A stretch of DNA of 30,715 bases from an uncultured Pseudomonadota bacterium (GTDB lineage: Bacteria; Pseudomonadota; Alphaproteobacteria; Rs-D84; CACZYB01): NCBI GenBank assembly GCA_902785275.1, contig CACZYB010000010.1, positions 1 through 30,715 of the forward strand, read 5' to 3'. The notes under the pieces are model-generated. The model was not told the DNA's origin, did not search any database, and worked only from the letters and a program-made list of their open reading frames with translations. A program made the position numbers and the translations under genes. Of this stretch, positions 8,444 through 16,739 are shown in pieces. Numbering within the stretch: the stretch's first letter is position 1; each line of letters begins with the position of its first letter.

Positions 8444-9082
8444 ATGATTATAAATTTAAAAGAAAAAAATATAATTGAAAAATATTTGAAAGAAGCCTCT
8501 TATAAAATAGATGTTATTTCGGATAAAAAATTTGATTTCCAATTTGAAAATTTAGATAAAACAATAGATTTACTAACAGATATTTTTACAAATTATGGTT
8601 TACAAGAAAATGATGAACCTAATGAAGATGGTTTAATTTTAGATAATTTAATAGGAAAATTATGGCAATTAAAGTTAAATAACAATAAAGAAAAACTTGA
8701 TGCATGGATTAAAAATCAAAATGTAAATTATCCATCAAGTGGTCATTTGGATGATATTTTTGAAGTGTCTACAATAGATTTGGATATAATTGAATCTTCA
8801 TTGAATTTGTTATCAGAATGTAATACAAAATCTGAGCCAGATAAGATATTAACTTTATGTATATACTTGAAGGAAAGAAAAAATAGTCTTGCGAATATTA
8901 CTCAACTAAAGATGAATATGTTATCGGAAGAACCTCCTGAATTTGTTTTCCAAAAAAATAAAGATATTCCTACAAAAGAAATTTTTATTAAAAACTTCCC
9001 TGTAAATTTAAAATACTATTTAGGAGAGGTTTTTGATAATGATGATAAATTATATTATCCATACATAGTTGTGAAGAGGTAA
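8444..9082 (+). CDS. Putative two-domain (poly)immunity protein
   Basis: N-half GLQENDEPNEDGLILDNLI is homologous to 2880..3215; unrelated C-half (HLDD...EPPEF). Confidence 0.65.
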   Translation: MIINLKEKNIIEKYLKEASYKIDVISDKKFDFQFENLDKTIDLLTDIFTNYGLQENDEPNEDGLILDNLIGKLWQLKLNNNKEKLDAWIKNQNVNYPSSGHLDDIFEVSTIDLDIIESSLNLLSECNTKSEPDKILTLCIYLKERKNSLANITQLKMNMLSEEPPEFVFQKNKDIPTKEIFIKNFPVNLKYYLGEVFDNDDKLYYPYIVVKR

Positions 9083-9084
9083 TA

Positions 9085-9927
9085 ATGCAAGAAAGAGATG
9101 TTATATTAAAATTAATACATTTATTAAAAGATGATAAGGATATTATTTCCATAGCAAATGATATATTTTTTTACAGAGGTATTTATTCTGATTTTAAATA
9201 TTCTGATAGATTTAGAGAGATTTTGCTAGATATTATTACACAAGAAGAAGGCGAAGAATTTATTATTCCAAAAGAAGAATTGTTGAATAAATTACATTTA
9301 TTGCTTGCAGAAAATAAAAATAGCACTGTTTCAACAGTTGAATTAAGAATTTTAAAGGAAATTTTTAATACTGGTTTTGTATCAAGTAATAATATCACGG
9401 ATTTTGCTTATGCTTGTTCAAATGATATGAACGATTTATTAACTGAATTATATAAATATGAAAATAAGACTATAAATGATGATATAAAATTTAAAATATC
9501 TAGATTTATTCATAAATTGGAAGGAGATGACTTTCTTTCTGATAAACCAACAAATTTAGGCATTGTTTTAGAAGATATAATTAAAAAATTTCCAGACGTA
9601 AAAGATGATGTAGAGCAAGAGTTATCAGATTGTTATATTCCTATAAATGCTATAAAATATTTATCTCATTTGGATATAATAATGTTTAGTGTTATTGGGC
9701 GTGTTTGTTTTAGGAAATATAAAGATAATAATATTGAGTATGTAAAAAATGTTTTTGATTATATGGAAAACCTTTATATGAAGGATAAAACATTTGATCT
9801 AAGTATAAAAACAGGATTTGTCGAAGCCTTTGTTAATCAGTTTGATAGTGTAAATGATATACAAAGTATAATAGAATTTATGTCCGAAAACTTAAAGAAA
9901 TATGTTTCTGCATATATTGGAGAGTAA
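9085..9927 (+). CDS. Putative multi-domain polyimmunity protein
   Basis: N-terminal helical module ending QEEGEEFIIPKEEL; C-terminal helical module FPD...VFDYMENL...IKTGFVEA (DUF7674-like by eye). Confidence 0.6.
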   Translation: MQERDVILKLIHLLKDDKDIISIANDIFFYRGIYSDFKYSDRFREILLDIITQEEGEEFIIPKEELLNKLHLLLAENKNSTVSTVELRILKEIFNTGFVSSNNITDFAYACSNDMNDLLTELYKYENKTINDDIKFKISRFIHKLEGDDFLSDKPTNLGIVLEDIIKKFPDVKDDVEQELSDCYIPINAIKYLSHLDIIMFSVIGRVCFRKYKDNNIEYVKNVFDYMENLYMKDKTFDLSIKTGFVEAFVNQFDSVNDIQSIIEFMSENLKKYVSAYIGE

Positions 9928-9931
9928 TAAA

Positions 9932-10228
9932 ATGAATGAATTTGCAAGTTATAGCATATTAAGTGACAAAGTAAAAAATTCTCACCTTCCACGATATGTT
10001 AAAGATTGGTTCTTTGAGTATATGGATGTCGTTCCTTTTGAAAAAAGTATTTATGATTTAGACGGTAATAATTTTAAAATTACAGATAAAATTGTTGATG
10101 ATGGAGAATATTTGATTTGTTATAATAGCTTTGATGATACTTTCTATTTCATCTGTCTAGATGATGTTGGAAATATGAAAATACATGGAAAAAGTAATAA
10201 TATTATAGGCATACTAACTTTTAGGTAA
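9932..10228 (+). CDS. Candidate orphan immunity protein
   Basis: ATG 9932 with GGAG RBS (preferred over 9902); similar to the C-half of 7881..8429. Confidence 0.6.
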   Translation: MNEFASYSILSDKVKNSHLPRYVKDWFFEYMDVVPFEKSIYDLDGNNFKITDKIVDDGEYLICYNSFDDTFYFICLDDVGNMKIHGKSNNIIGILTFR

Positions 10229-10234
10229 AATAAC

Positions 10235-10552
10235 ATGACAAAAAATATTAAGTATATAAATAGTAAAGTTATAGATTTTAAAGGCAACAAAATCTTCTTT
10301 GAGAATGGAAGTATTTTAATTGTTATTTCAGATTTTAAATTTACTGGAGAAAAGATAAAAGGACTATTTCTTTCGGATTACGAAATTTCTGAAAAAAAGG
10401 TTAAGTTTAATTTTGAAAATAAATGCGATATAGAAATTATCGCTCCGTATTCTGAGGATGAGGTTTTCTGTGTAATTAATGTAGATGAGAAATATAGATG
10501 CCTATTAACAAAAGATAATATTTTTGGAGAATGGATAGGATTAGAGAAATAA
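10235..10552 (+). CDS. Candidate orphan immunity protein (beta-rich, similar to 1034..1381)
   Basis: Two IxFEN/FxFEN beta-hairpin units; tight operon spacing. Confidence 0.55.
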   Translation: MTKNIKYINSKVIDFKGNKIFFENGSILIVISDFKFTGEKIKGLFLSDYEISEKKVKFNFENKCDIEIIAPYSEDEVFCVINVDEKYRCLLTKDNIFGEWIGLEK

Positions 10553-10564
10553 AGGGAAAATACA

Positions 10565-11041
10565 ATGATTGATTTTACAAAATTTTACGATGATCTTAGT
10601 TTTATCTATGCCTTGTTTATGGAGAATAAATTAACCATAGATGATATAAGAAAAATTTCTGATAAATTAGTTATTGAAGATGGTAATGATTATTTAGTTA
10701 ATATATTAATTTCAAATGATGAAGAAGTTTCAAATTCTTTTGAAAATTATTTCAAAGATAAAAACATAATAATAGAAAATCCTAAAATAGAAATTACGAA
10801 GAAAATTTTTTCATATATCTTAAAAGGTTGTATTTCTATGAAGGCTGGTATTGATTTTGTGCATTACCAAATTAGTGATCAGTCAAAATATAAAAAATAT
10901 GTTGGTGATGATTTAGGTATAGAGCAAATTTTAGGAAACTATTTTGCAATAGATGATGGAGATGTTGCTGATGAAAAACAAATTCATGAACTTACACAAG
11001 AAATATACAAAGAAATGCAGGAATATATTGAAAAGTATTAA
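10565..11041 (+). CDS. Candidate orphan immunity protein (helical, acidic)
   Basis: 158-aa ORF, AAGGG RBS, within the co-oriented array. Confidence 0.6.
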   Translation: MIDFTKFYDDLSFIYALFMENKLTIDDIRKISDKLVIEDGNDYLVNILISNDEEVSNSFENYFKDKNIIIENPKIEITKKIFSYILKGCISMKAGIDFVHYQISDQSKYKKYVGDDLGIEQILGNYFAIDDGDVADEKQIHELTQEIYKEMQEYIEKY

Positions 11042-11065
11042 AATTAATAAAAGGAAAATTATTAA

Positions 11066-11146
11066 ATGAAAATAAAATTTAAAGATAACAGTATAATAAT
11101 TGAAGAAAATATTGCAAACTTAAATGAAATATTAGAAAATTTATAG
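11066..11146 (+). pseudogene. 26-aa remnant mini-ORF MKIKFKDNSIIIEENIANLNEILENL
   Basis: Has an AAGGA RBS and stop codon; the body duplicates the last codons of ORF 7881..8429 in the same frame. Confidence 0.65.
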
Positions 11147-11155
11147 GAGGTATTT

Positions 11156-11539
11156 ATGCAACAAGAATATAGAATATTTTTACCACATGAAATACAAAAT
11201 AAGGTCTTTCCTTTAGTTCCATACTATAATAACCAATTAGGATTTTATATAGATATCTTAGATGATATTATAAAATTTGTAAAAGAATATGAACTTTTAA
11301 TAGGTTATGGAGAGATCTTTAAAAAAATAGATGATAAAGATTTTGATTATGATCCAACGGGATTTACTCATTGGGAATACAACTATAAACCAGAAAATGA
11401 ATATAGAAAATCTGTATCAGAAGCGATAGAACAGATGAAAGAGTATTTAAAATTTGTATCTTCTATAAGACAAGATAAATATTTAATTTCAATAAAGTTG
11501 TATGATAAATATAGCATTCAAAATTTTATAAATGACTAA
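11156..11539 (+). CDS. Imm40-like immunity protein
   Basis: AGGAGG RBS; pattern LIGYGEIF...THWEY...SVSEA..MKEYL resembles Imm40 (ILGGDVY...DNWY...S...A..YI). Confidence 0.6.
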   Translation: MQQEYRIFLPHEIQNKVFPLVPYYNNQLGFYIDILDDIIKFVKEYELLIGYGEIFKKIDDKDFDYDPTGFTHWEYNYKPENEYRKSVSEAIEQMKEYLKFVSSIRQDKYLISIKLYDKYSIQNFIND

Positions 11540-11565
11540 ACTTTTAACCTTTTGATTTTTTTAGT

Positions 11566-11716
11566 AAATAGATGAGTTTTTATGGTTGTTTTTGTTTATC
11601 CGAAATAGATTAGAAACTTGTAGAATAGCAAAAAGACTGACTTTTAGAAAAGTTAGAGAAATGGTGTTGAGTGGCCCACCAAAAATCAAGAAACCGTCCT
11701 AGTAATGGTTTTTTCT
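11566..11716 (+). repeat. Junction element copy 2 (core CACCAAAAATCA at 11677-11688); starts with the right copy of the 28-bp IR
   Basis: Colinear with 5562-5714 (AAATAGATGAGTT ... TTTAGAAAAGTTAGAGAAATG ... CACCAAAAATCA ... AAACCGT hairpin). Confidence 0.85.
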
Positions 11717-12094
11717 TTGCCTGTAAACCCTAGGTTCTGCCTAGTGTTTGGATTTCAGATTTTTCTATAAAACCCACAGAATTGATTAAAAACAAATTTT
11801 TCACAGTATTTTCTCTCTATTCTCTATGCTTTATCTGTGGGCTCCGTTAACCATTTGATATTACTTAGTTTTCTTTTGATGGGTATCTTAGAAAAGTTGT
11901 AAAAAAATTAACCAGTAGCGGATTTATATTTGCTAACTGATGCATAGAGGTAGTCTTAAATTTTAAAACCTTAGTTTTCTGTGATATTTACGGGGCCTAT
12001 AGACTTTATTAATAAAAACAAATTCCTTCTAATTATTCCTAATTTATGGTATGATAAATTTAATTATTAGACTAAATTATTGATAAAATAAATA

Positions 12095-12123
12095 TTGACA
12101 AATAATAATTATAAGTCTATATT
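12095..12123 (+). promoter_or_regulatory. sigma70-type promoter of the helicase gene
   Basis: TTGACA-17 bp-TATATT; the ORF track's TTG start at 12095 is this -35 box. Confidence 0.75.
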
Positions 12124-12145
12124 TATATCAAATGAGGTATATAAA

Positions 12146-14764
12146 ATGAATATAGTTAATTTAGTAAAAAATACAATATTAGATAATGTTAAAGCATTAA
12201 GGATTGGTATAAGTAAATTTTTAGAAGAAGAACAAAATTTACCTGATGATACCCCACGTAAACTTCGTGGAAAACAAACTGAAGTTTTTGAGGCATTATT
12301 AAAACCGGAATTTTCAGATGAAGATATTGCAAGAGGTTATTTCAAACTTCCAACCGGATTTGGAAAAACTGTTATGTTTGCTCATTTAACAAAATCTTTC
12401 TTAAATGAAACACCTGATAGTAAAAAGAAAATATTGGTTTTGGTACCAAGAATTAACTTACTTGAACAAACAGATGAAAAATTTGATAAATTTATAGGAG
12501 TAGATACAAGCTACTTTTATGGTAAAGAAAAAGATACATCTTCAAGAGTAATTATTTCAACATACCAATCTCTTAGTAATTTATTAAAAAATATTAATAA
12601 AGAAGATATAGATTTAATTATTGCCGATGAAGCTCATCATTCTCTTGGTGAAAATACAAGTAAAATATTTAAAGATTTACAAAAGTATGCACCTACAATT
12701 GCATTTACCGCTACACCAAATTATTCAGGTGATAAAAAGTTATCAAACTTATTTTCGAAAGAAATTTATTCAATGACCACTATTGATGCAGTACAAAACA
12801 ATATGTTGGTTCCTGTAAAAAATATTCTTTTAAGGTCAAGTATTGAATTTGATTTATCTCAAATTAAAAAGAAAACTGATGGAAATTTTGATTATGAAAA
12901 AATTGCAAATTCTATAAGTATGGAAACATTATCCAAAGAAATTGCAAAGGCATATTTGTATGGTGAAGATAAGGATGAAGAAGGTAATTCATTCCGTTTT
13001 TTTGGTAAAAAGGCAATGATAAGTTGCCCTAATGTTAAAACAGCAATAGAGCAAGCAGAAAAACTTAATGAACTTGCGGGGCAAGTTATTGCAAAACCAA
13101 TATTCCAACATATGGGAATGTCTTCAAGATTTGGTAAGTTCGATGAAACAGTCGAAGATTTCAAAAATAATAAATTCCTTGTTGCATGTCAGGTTAATAC
13201 CTTAACTGAAGGTTTTGATGATACAGAGGTAAGTATCAGTATTAATTATCCAACATCATCTCCTGTAAGAGAAGAGCAATCTGCAGGTCGTGCACTTCGT
13301 ATCAATGAAAAAGATCCGAACAAAGTTGCATATGTTATTGATACAGTATTTTCTGTTGGTAAAGATGATGAAAATCCATTTGAAACTGCACAAAAGGCTG
13401 GACAAGTTTTATTTAGTGATGTTGCTGGTGCATCTGTTATATTCCCTGAAAATTTTAAACATAAAAAAGAAGAAAATGATAGGGATAATAAAGGAAAAGA
13501 TAAAGAAAAATTTCCACTTCCAACACCAGATATAGAAATACCAGGATTTAAAATTTTTACTGACACAGAAAAATTATTACAGGTGTTTAATGACAAAATA
13601 AAAGATGATAACTACTATTCTACCATAGATTTAGCTAACGATAAATCTTTAGGTGTAGAGGCTTCTCATACTACACATCGTAAATACCTAAATAAAGCTT
13701 ATAATTCAAATGATCCTAAATATGCTAAACTAAAAACTCATATAAGAAAAACTAGAAATGATGAACTACGTTTGCATAAGGATGGTTTGGAACTATACAA
13801 AGAAATCTATTTTAGCAATAATCGGTATTCTGCCGCAGATTTAGCTAACGATAAATCTTTAGGTGTAGAGGCTGCTAAATCAACGCATTGGAGATACCTA
13901 AATGAAGCTTATGAATCAAATGATCCTAAATATGCTAAACTAAAAACTCATATAGAAAAAATTAAAAACGGACTACGTTTGCATAAGGACGGTTTAGAAT
14001 TATATAAACAGATCTATTTTAGCAATAATTGGTATTCTACCACAGATTTAGCTAACAATAAATCTTTAGGTGTAGGGGCTTCTAACTCAACACATTGGAC
14101 ATACCTAAATGAAGCTTATAAATCAGATGATACTAAATATGCTGAATTAAAACCTTATATAGGAAAAATTAAAAATGGACTAAGTTTGCATAAGGACGGT
14201 TTAGAATTATATAAACAGATCTATTTTAGCAATAATTGGTATTCAGCCACAGATTTAGCTAACGATGAATCTTTAGGTGTAGAGGCTTCTATAAATACAC
14301 ATTATAGATACCTAAAAGAAGCTTATGATAAATATGCTGAATTAAAACCTTATATAAAAGGACCACGTTTGCATAAGGACGGTTTAGAATTATATAAACA
14401 GATCTATTTTAGCAATAATTGGTATTCTGCCTCAGCTTTAGCTAACGATGAATCTTTAGGTGTAAAGGCTTCTAAAAATACACATTTGAATCACCTAAAT
14501 AAAGCTTATAATTCAAATGATCCTAAATATGCTGAACTAAAAACTTATATGAAAAAAACTGATAAAGGAAGTAAAAGTTTTATATATTTGCGTAAAGATG
14601 GTTTGAAGCTATATGTTCAAACATTTAAAATAAAAATCAGAGATCCTGAAATGTTTGAAAAAGCAACAAAGAAAATAGAACAAAAAATTGCGATGGAAGA
14701 TGCGGCACAAAATGCAAAATCTTCAATCAATAAAACTATAGCAGGTGACAACGAAGGAAGATAA
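12146..14764 (+). CDS. SF2 DEAH-box helicase (ResIII-like + helicase C) with five C-terminal HTH-like repeats
   Basis: LRGKQ (Q motif), LPTGFGKT (Walker A), ADEAHH, FTATP, LTEGFD, QSAGRALR; ATG 12146 has a GAGG RBS. Confidence 0.9.
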   Translation: MNIVNLVKNTILDNVKALRIGISKFLEEEQNLPDDTPRKLRGKQTEVFEALLKPEFSDEDIARGYFKLPTGFGKTVMFAHLTKSFLNETPDSKKKILVLVPRINLLEQTDEKFDKFIGVDTSYFYGKEKDTSSRVIISTYQSLSNLLKNINKEDIDLIIADEAHHSLGENTSKIFKDLQKYAPTIAFTATPNYSGDKKLSNLFSKEIYSMTTIDAVQNNMLVPVKNILLRSSIEFDLSQIKKKTDGNFDYEKIANSISMETLSKEIAKAYLYGEDKDEEGNSFRFFGKKAMISCPNVKTAIEQAEKLNELAGQVIAKPIFQHMGMSSRFGKFDETVEDFKNNKFLVACQVNTLTEGFDDTEVSISINYPTSSPVREEQSAGRALRINEKDPNKVAYVIDTVFSVGKDDENPFETAQKAGQVLFSDVAGASVIFPENFKHKKEENDRDNKGKDKEKFPLPTPDIEIPGFKIFTDTEKLLQVFNDKIKDDNYYSTIDLANDKSLGVEASHTTHRKYLNKAYNSNDPKYAKLKTHIRKTRNDELRLHKDGLELYKEIYFSNNRYSAADLANDKSLGVEAAKSTHWRYLNEAYESNDPKYAKLKTHIEKIKNGLRLHKDGLELYKQIYFSNNWYSTTDLANNKSLGVGASNSTHWTYLNEAYKSDDTKYAELKPYIGKIKNGLSLHKDGLELYKQIYFSNNWYSATDLANDESLGVEASINTHYRYLKEAYDKYAELKPYIKGPRLHKDGLELYKQIYFSNNWYSASALANDESLGVKASKNTHLNHLNKAYNSNDPKYAELKTYMKKTDKGSKSFIYLRKDGLKLYVQTFKIKIRDPEMFEKATKKIEQKIAMEDAAQNAKSSINKTIAGDNEGR
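13610..14625 (+). repeat. Five in-frame coding tandem repeats (units start 13610, 13820, 14027, 14234, 14417; first four 210/207/207/183 bp)
   Basis: Consensus NxYSxxDLANDxSLGVxAxxxTHxxYLNxAY...KYAxLKxxI...LHKDGLELYKxIYFSN; DNA-level identity is obvious. Confidence 0.95.
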
Positions 14765-14810
14765 AACCTTTGTTTTTAGCCATTTTATAAAATTTAGATC
14801 AATTTAGTAA

Positions 14811-14930
14811 TTATGGAAATGGTAGGGTATTCCCATAAGGTACAAATTAGAGAAGTGTAAAAATAGTAGATTTCTCTAATTACAACAAAAGTTATAAGAA
14901 GTGCTATGGTGTTACCCACCAAAAATCAGA
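14811..14930 (+). repeat. Junction element copy 3 (core CACCAAAAATCA at 14917-14928), island/core-genome boundary
   Basis: TTATGG...CCATAA hairpin as in copy 1; AGATTTCTCTAATT...AAAAGTTA...CACCAAAAATCAGAAA; internal IR AATTAGAGAA/TTCTCTAATT at 14845-14881. Confidence 0.75.
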
Positions 14931-14958
14931 AAGGCTTCCTTACGGAGGCCTTTTTTTT
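14930..14958. terminator. Rho-independent terminator
   Basis: AAAGGCTTCC-TTAC-GGAGGCCTTT stem followed by a T tract; also faces the convergent gene ending at 14971. Confidence 0.8.
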
Positions 14959-14970
14959 ATCTTGTCTTGA

Positions 14971-15330
14971 TTAATTATTCAAATCTGTTGATGGCAAAAT
15001 ATAGTTTTCATAAGTTACAACAGGAACAGTCTTTCTTTCGCCAAGACCTGTTTTATACTCATAAATACCACTGTGTACAGCACACTTACCCGCAGGAATT
15101 TCAATTTTTGCAGTATCAAAGTATGTTACACCAGGTTCTTTTGCAATTTTGACAGTTGTTGTGTAATGACATTTGCCAAACAATGTATCTTCACATGCTT
15201 TTGCAAGTACATAGTCAGTACCAACTTGATAAACTTCGAATGCTTCGTAATCTTTACAATTTTCATTTCTTACACCTTCAAAAGGAACACAAGCGCAAAG
15301 AAGTAATGGTAAAAGTAATGATTTTTTCAT
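14971..15330 (-). CDS. Hypothetical lipoprotein
   Basis: MKKSLLLPLLLCAC lipobox; AAGGAG RBS; DUF3157/OB-like GxYxYxT motif not assigned. Confidence 0.75.
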   Translation of the reverse strand: MKKSLLLPLLLCACVPFEGVRNENCKDYEAFEVYQVGTDYVLAKACEDTLFGKCHYTTTVKIAKEPGVTYFDTAKIEIPAGKCAVHSGIYEYKTGLGERKTVPVVTYENYILPSTDLNN

Positions 15331-15478
15331 TTATTATCTCCTTTTTAATTTTAATCAAGATATATTTTATATAATTAAAAGAATAATACAAGGAAATTTT
15401 TCCGCATAAGCTTTTTTCTTGATTATCTTTTAAAATTGATTTATATTTAACGACGGTTCACAAACAAAAGGGAAAAAA

Positions 15479-15880
15479 ATGATAAATATTCTTTTAGTTC
15501 TTAATATTATAGTAGTAGTTTTACTTATTGGAATAATCCTTCTTCAAAAATCCGAAGGTGGTGTTTTGGGTATGGGTGGTTCAGGATCCAGAAATGGTAT
15601 CTTCACAACAAGAAGTGCCGGAAATCTTGTAACAAAAACAACATATATCCTTGGAGCACTATTCTTTTTAATCTGTATCTTGCTTGCATTTTTGGTTTCA
15701 CGTCGTGATAACTCAAAATCATTTATCGAAACTATGGCAAAAAAAGATAGCGTAGAAGTTAAAGAAGTAAAATCTTTGTCTGTTAATAAAATTCCAGAAG
15801 ACAAAGTAAAAGAAGAACTTAAAAGAGAAGCAATAAAGGTTGAAGCAAAAAAGAAACCTACTGCTCCTGTTACAAAATAG
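15479..15880 (+). CDS. secG: Preprotein translocase subunit SecG
   Basis: ILLQKSEGGVLGMGG...RSAGNLVTKTTYILGALF, two TM helices. Confidence 0.95.
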   Translation: MINILLVLNIIVVVLLIGIILLQKSEGGVLGMGGSGSRNGIFTTRSAGNLVTKTTYILGALFFLICILLAFLVSRRDNSKSFIETMAKKDSVEVKEVKSLSVNKIPEDKVKEELKREAIKVEAKKKPTAPVTK

Positions 15881-15898
15881 GTTATTCTTAAAAAAATC

Positions 15899-15933
15899 AT
15901 CCCCACTTTTGTTTTTCATAGTGGGGATTTTTT
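15899..15933 (+). terminator. Rho-independent terminator after secG
   Basis: ATCCCCACT/AGTGGGGAT stem plus T tract. Confidence 0.8.
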
Positions 15934-16008
15934 ATTAAATATACTCTTTACAAAAATTGAGAATTATGAGATAATAGACCCATTATTAACGATAATAAAG
16001 GTATTAAA

Positions 16009-16716
16009 ATGGCTAAACCTGTTATTAAAAATATTATGTGGGATGTTGATGGTGTGCTTGCAAATCTTGACCACGCTTATTTCCGTTTCTTAAAGGAACA
16101 TCCAAATTATAAGGAGGAGTACAAGGATTTAAAGTGGGAAGATTTGCCAAAGGCTTTGCCTATTGATCCAAAATTTGGTTCACTTGAATTAACATCTCAT
16201 CCAACAAAGGGTAAAGAATTTAACGAAGATTTTTGCCACAATAGTGGTGAAATTTATTTCGATCGTCCACTTTATGAAGGGGTTGTTGAAACATTGACTG
16301 ACCTTCATAATCGTGGCTATATGCAACTTACTATGTCATCTGGTTTCAATGCTGAAATAAAAAGAAAGATGATTGCTGACACATTGGGCGATAAACTTTC
16401 ATTTGTAAACATTGAAGTTGTTGAACACCAAAAATCAACAGAGGATGCAACTCATGGTAAGGCTATGGTTGGTGAAAAAGAACAACGCATTATCGAATGT
16501 TTGAAAAAATATAACCTTAAACCAGAAGAAACAGTTTTGGTTGATGACCGTATCTTCAATTGTCAAACTGCGGTAAAGGTTGGTATGCACACTGTTCGTT
16601 GTCGTGCTGGTTTCACAACTGATACACCTGCTGATGTAAAGGCAACTTTTGATGCAGAAGTAAAAGGTGTTGCAGAATTCAAGGATTGGCTTTTGAATAA
16701 TACAACAAAATATTAA
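16009..16716 (+). CDS. HAD-superfamily hydrolase
   Basis: Motif I DVDGVL, motif II TMSS, motif IV VLVDDR. Confidence 0.85.
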   Translation: MAKPVIKNIMWDVDGVLANLDHAYFRFLKEHPNYKEEYKDLKWEDLPKALPIDPKFGSLELTSHPTKGKEFNEDFCHNSGEIYFDRPLYEGVVETLTDLHNRGYMQLTMSSGFNAEIKRKMIADTLGDKLSFVNIEVVEHQKSTEDATHGKAMVGEKEQRIIECLKKYNLKPEETVLVDDRIFNCQTAVKVGMHTVRCRAGFTTDTPADVKATFDAEVKGVAEFKDWLLNNTTKY

Positions 16717-16739
16717 TAAAATAATAAAAGGAGATTTTT

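Larger units (their letters stand above)
5675..11688. mobile_element. Putative non-autonomous integrated cassette B carrying orphan immunity genes
   Basis: Bounded by direct copies of the CACCAAAAATCA core 6002 bp apart; homologous non-coding arms; no integrase inside. Confidence 0.55.
11677..14928. mobile_element. Putative non-autonomous integrated cassette C carrying the helicase-repeat gene
   Basis: Bounded by direct CCCACCAAAAATCA cores 3240 bp apart; single cargo gene with its own promoter; no integrase. Confidence 0.5.

Noticed and set aside
8367-11128. 45-bp repeat pair as DGR VR/TR
   Set aside because: Flanking mismatches are not adenine-specific and no reverse transcriptase is present in the window.
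11566-11593. 28-bp IR as a XerCD dif/pdif site
   Set aside because: Length fits, but there is no convincing TTATGTTAAAT XerD arm or 11-6-11 dyad.
13610-14625. CRISPR array
   Set aside because: Units are ~200 bp, in frame and protein coding; no repeat-spacer structure or cas genes.
14640-14764. Helicase C-terminal tail (...AGDNEGR) as a type IV secretion signal
   Set aside because: Only suggestive; no secretion genes of that type in the window and no testable consensus.
12013-14778. 10-bp IR (TAAAAACAAA/TTTGTTTTTA) around the helicase gene
   Set aside because: Too short and AT-rich to exceed chance.
14901-15374. Plus-strand ORFs 14901..15152, 15073..15306, 15156..15374
   Set aside because: Shadows of the minus-strand lipoprotein; no RBS, and one crosses a terminator.
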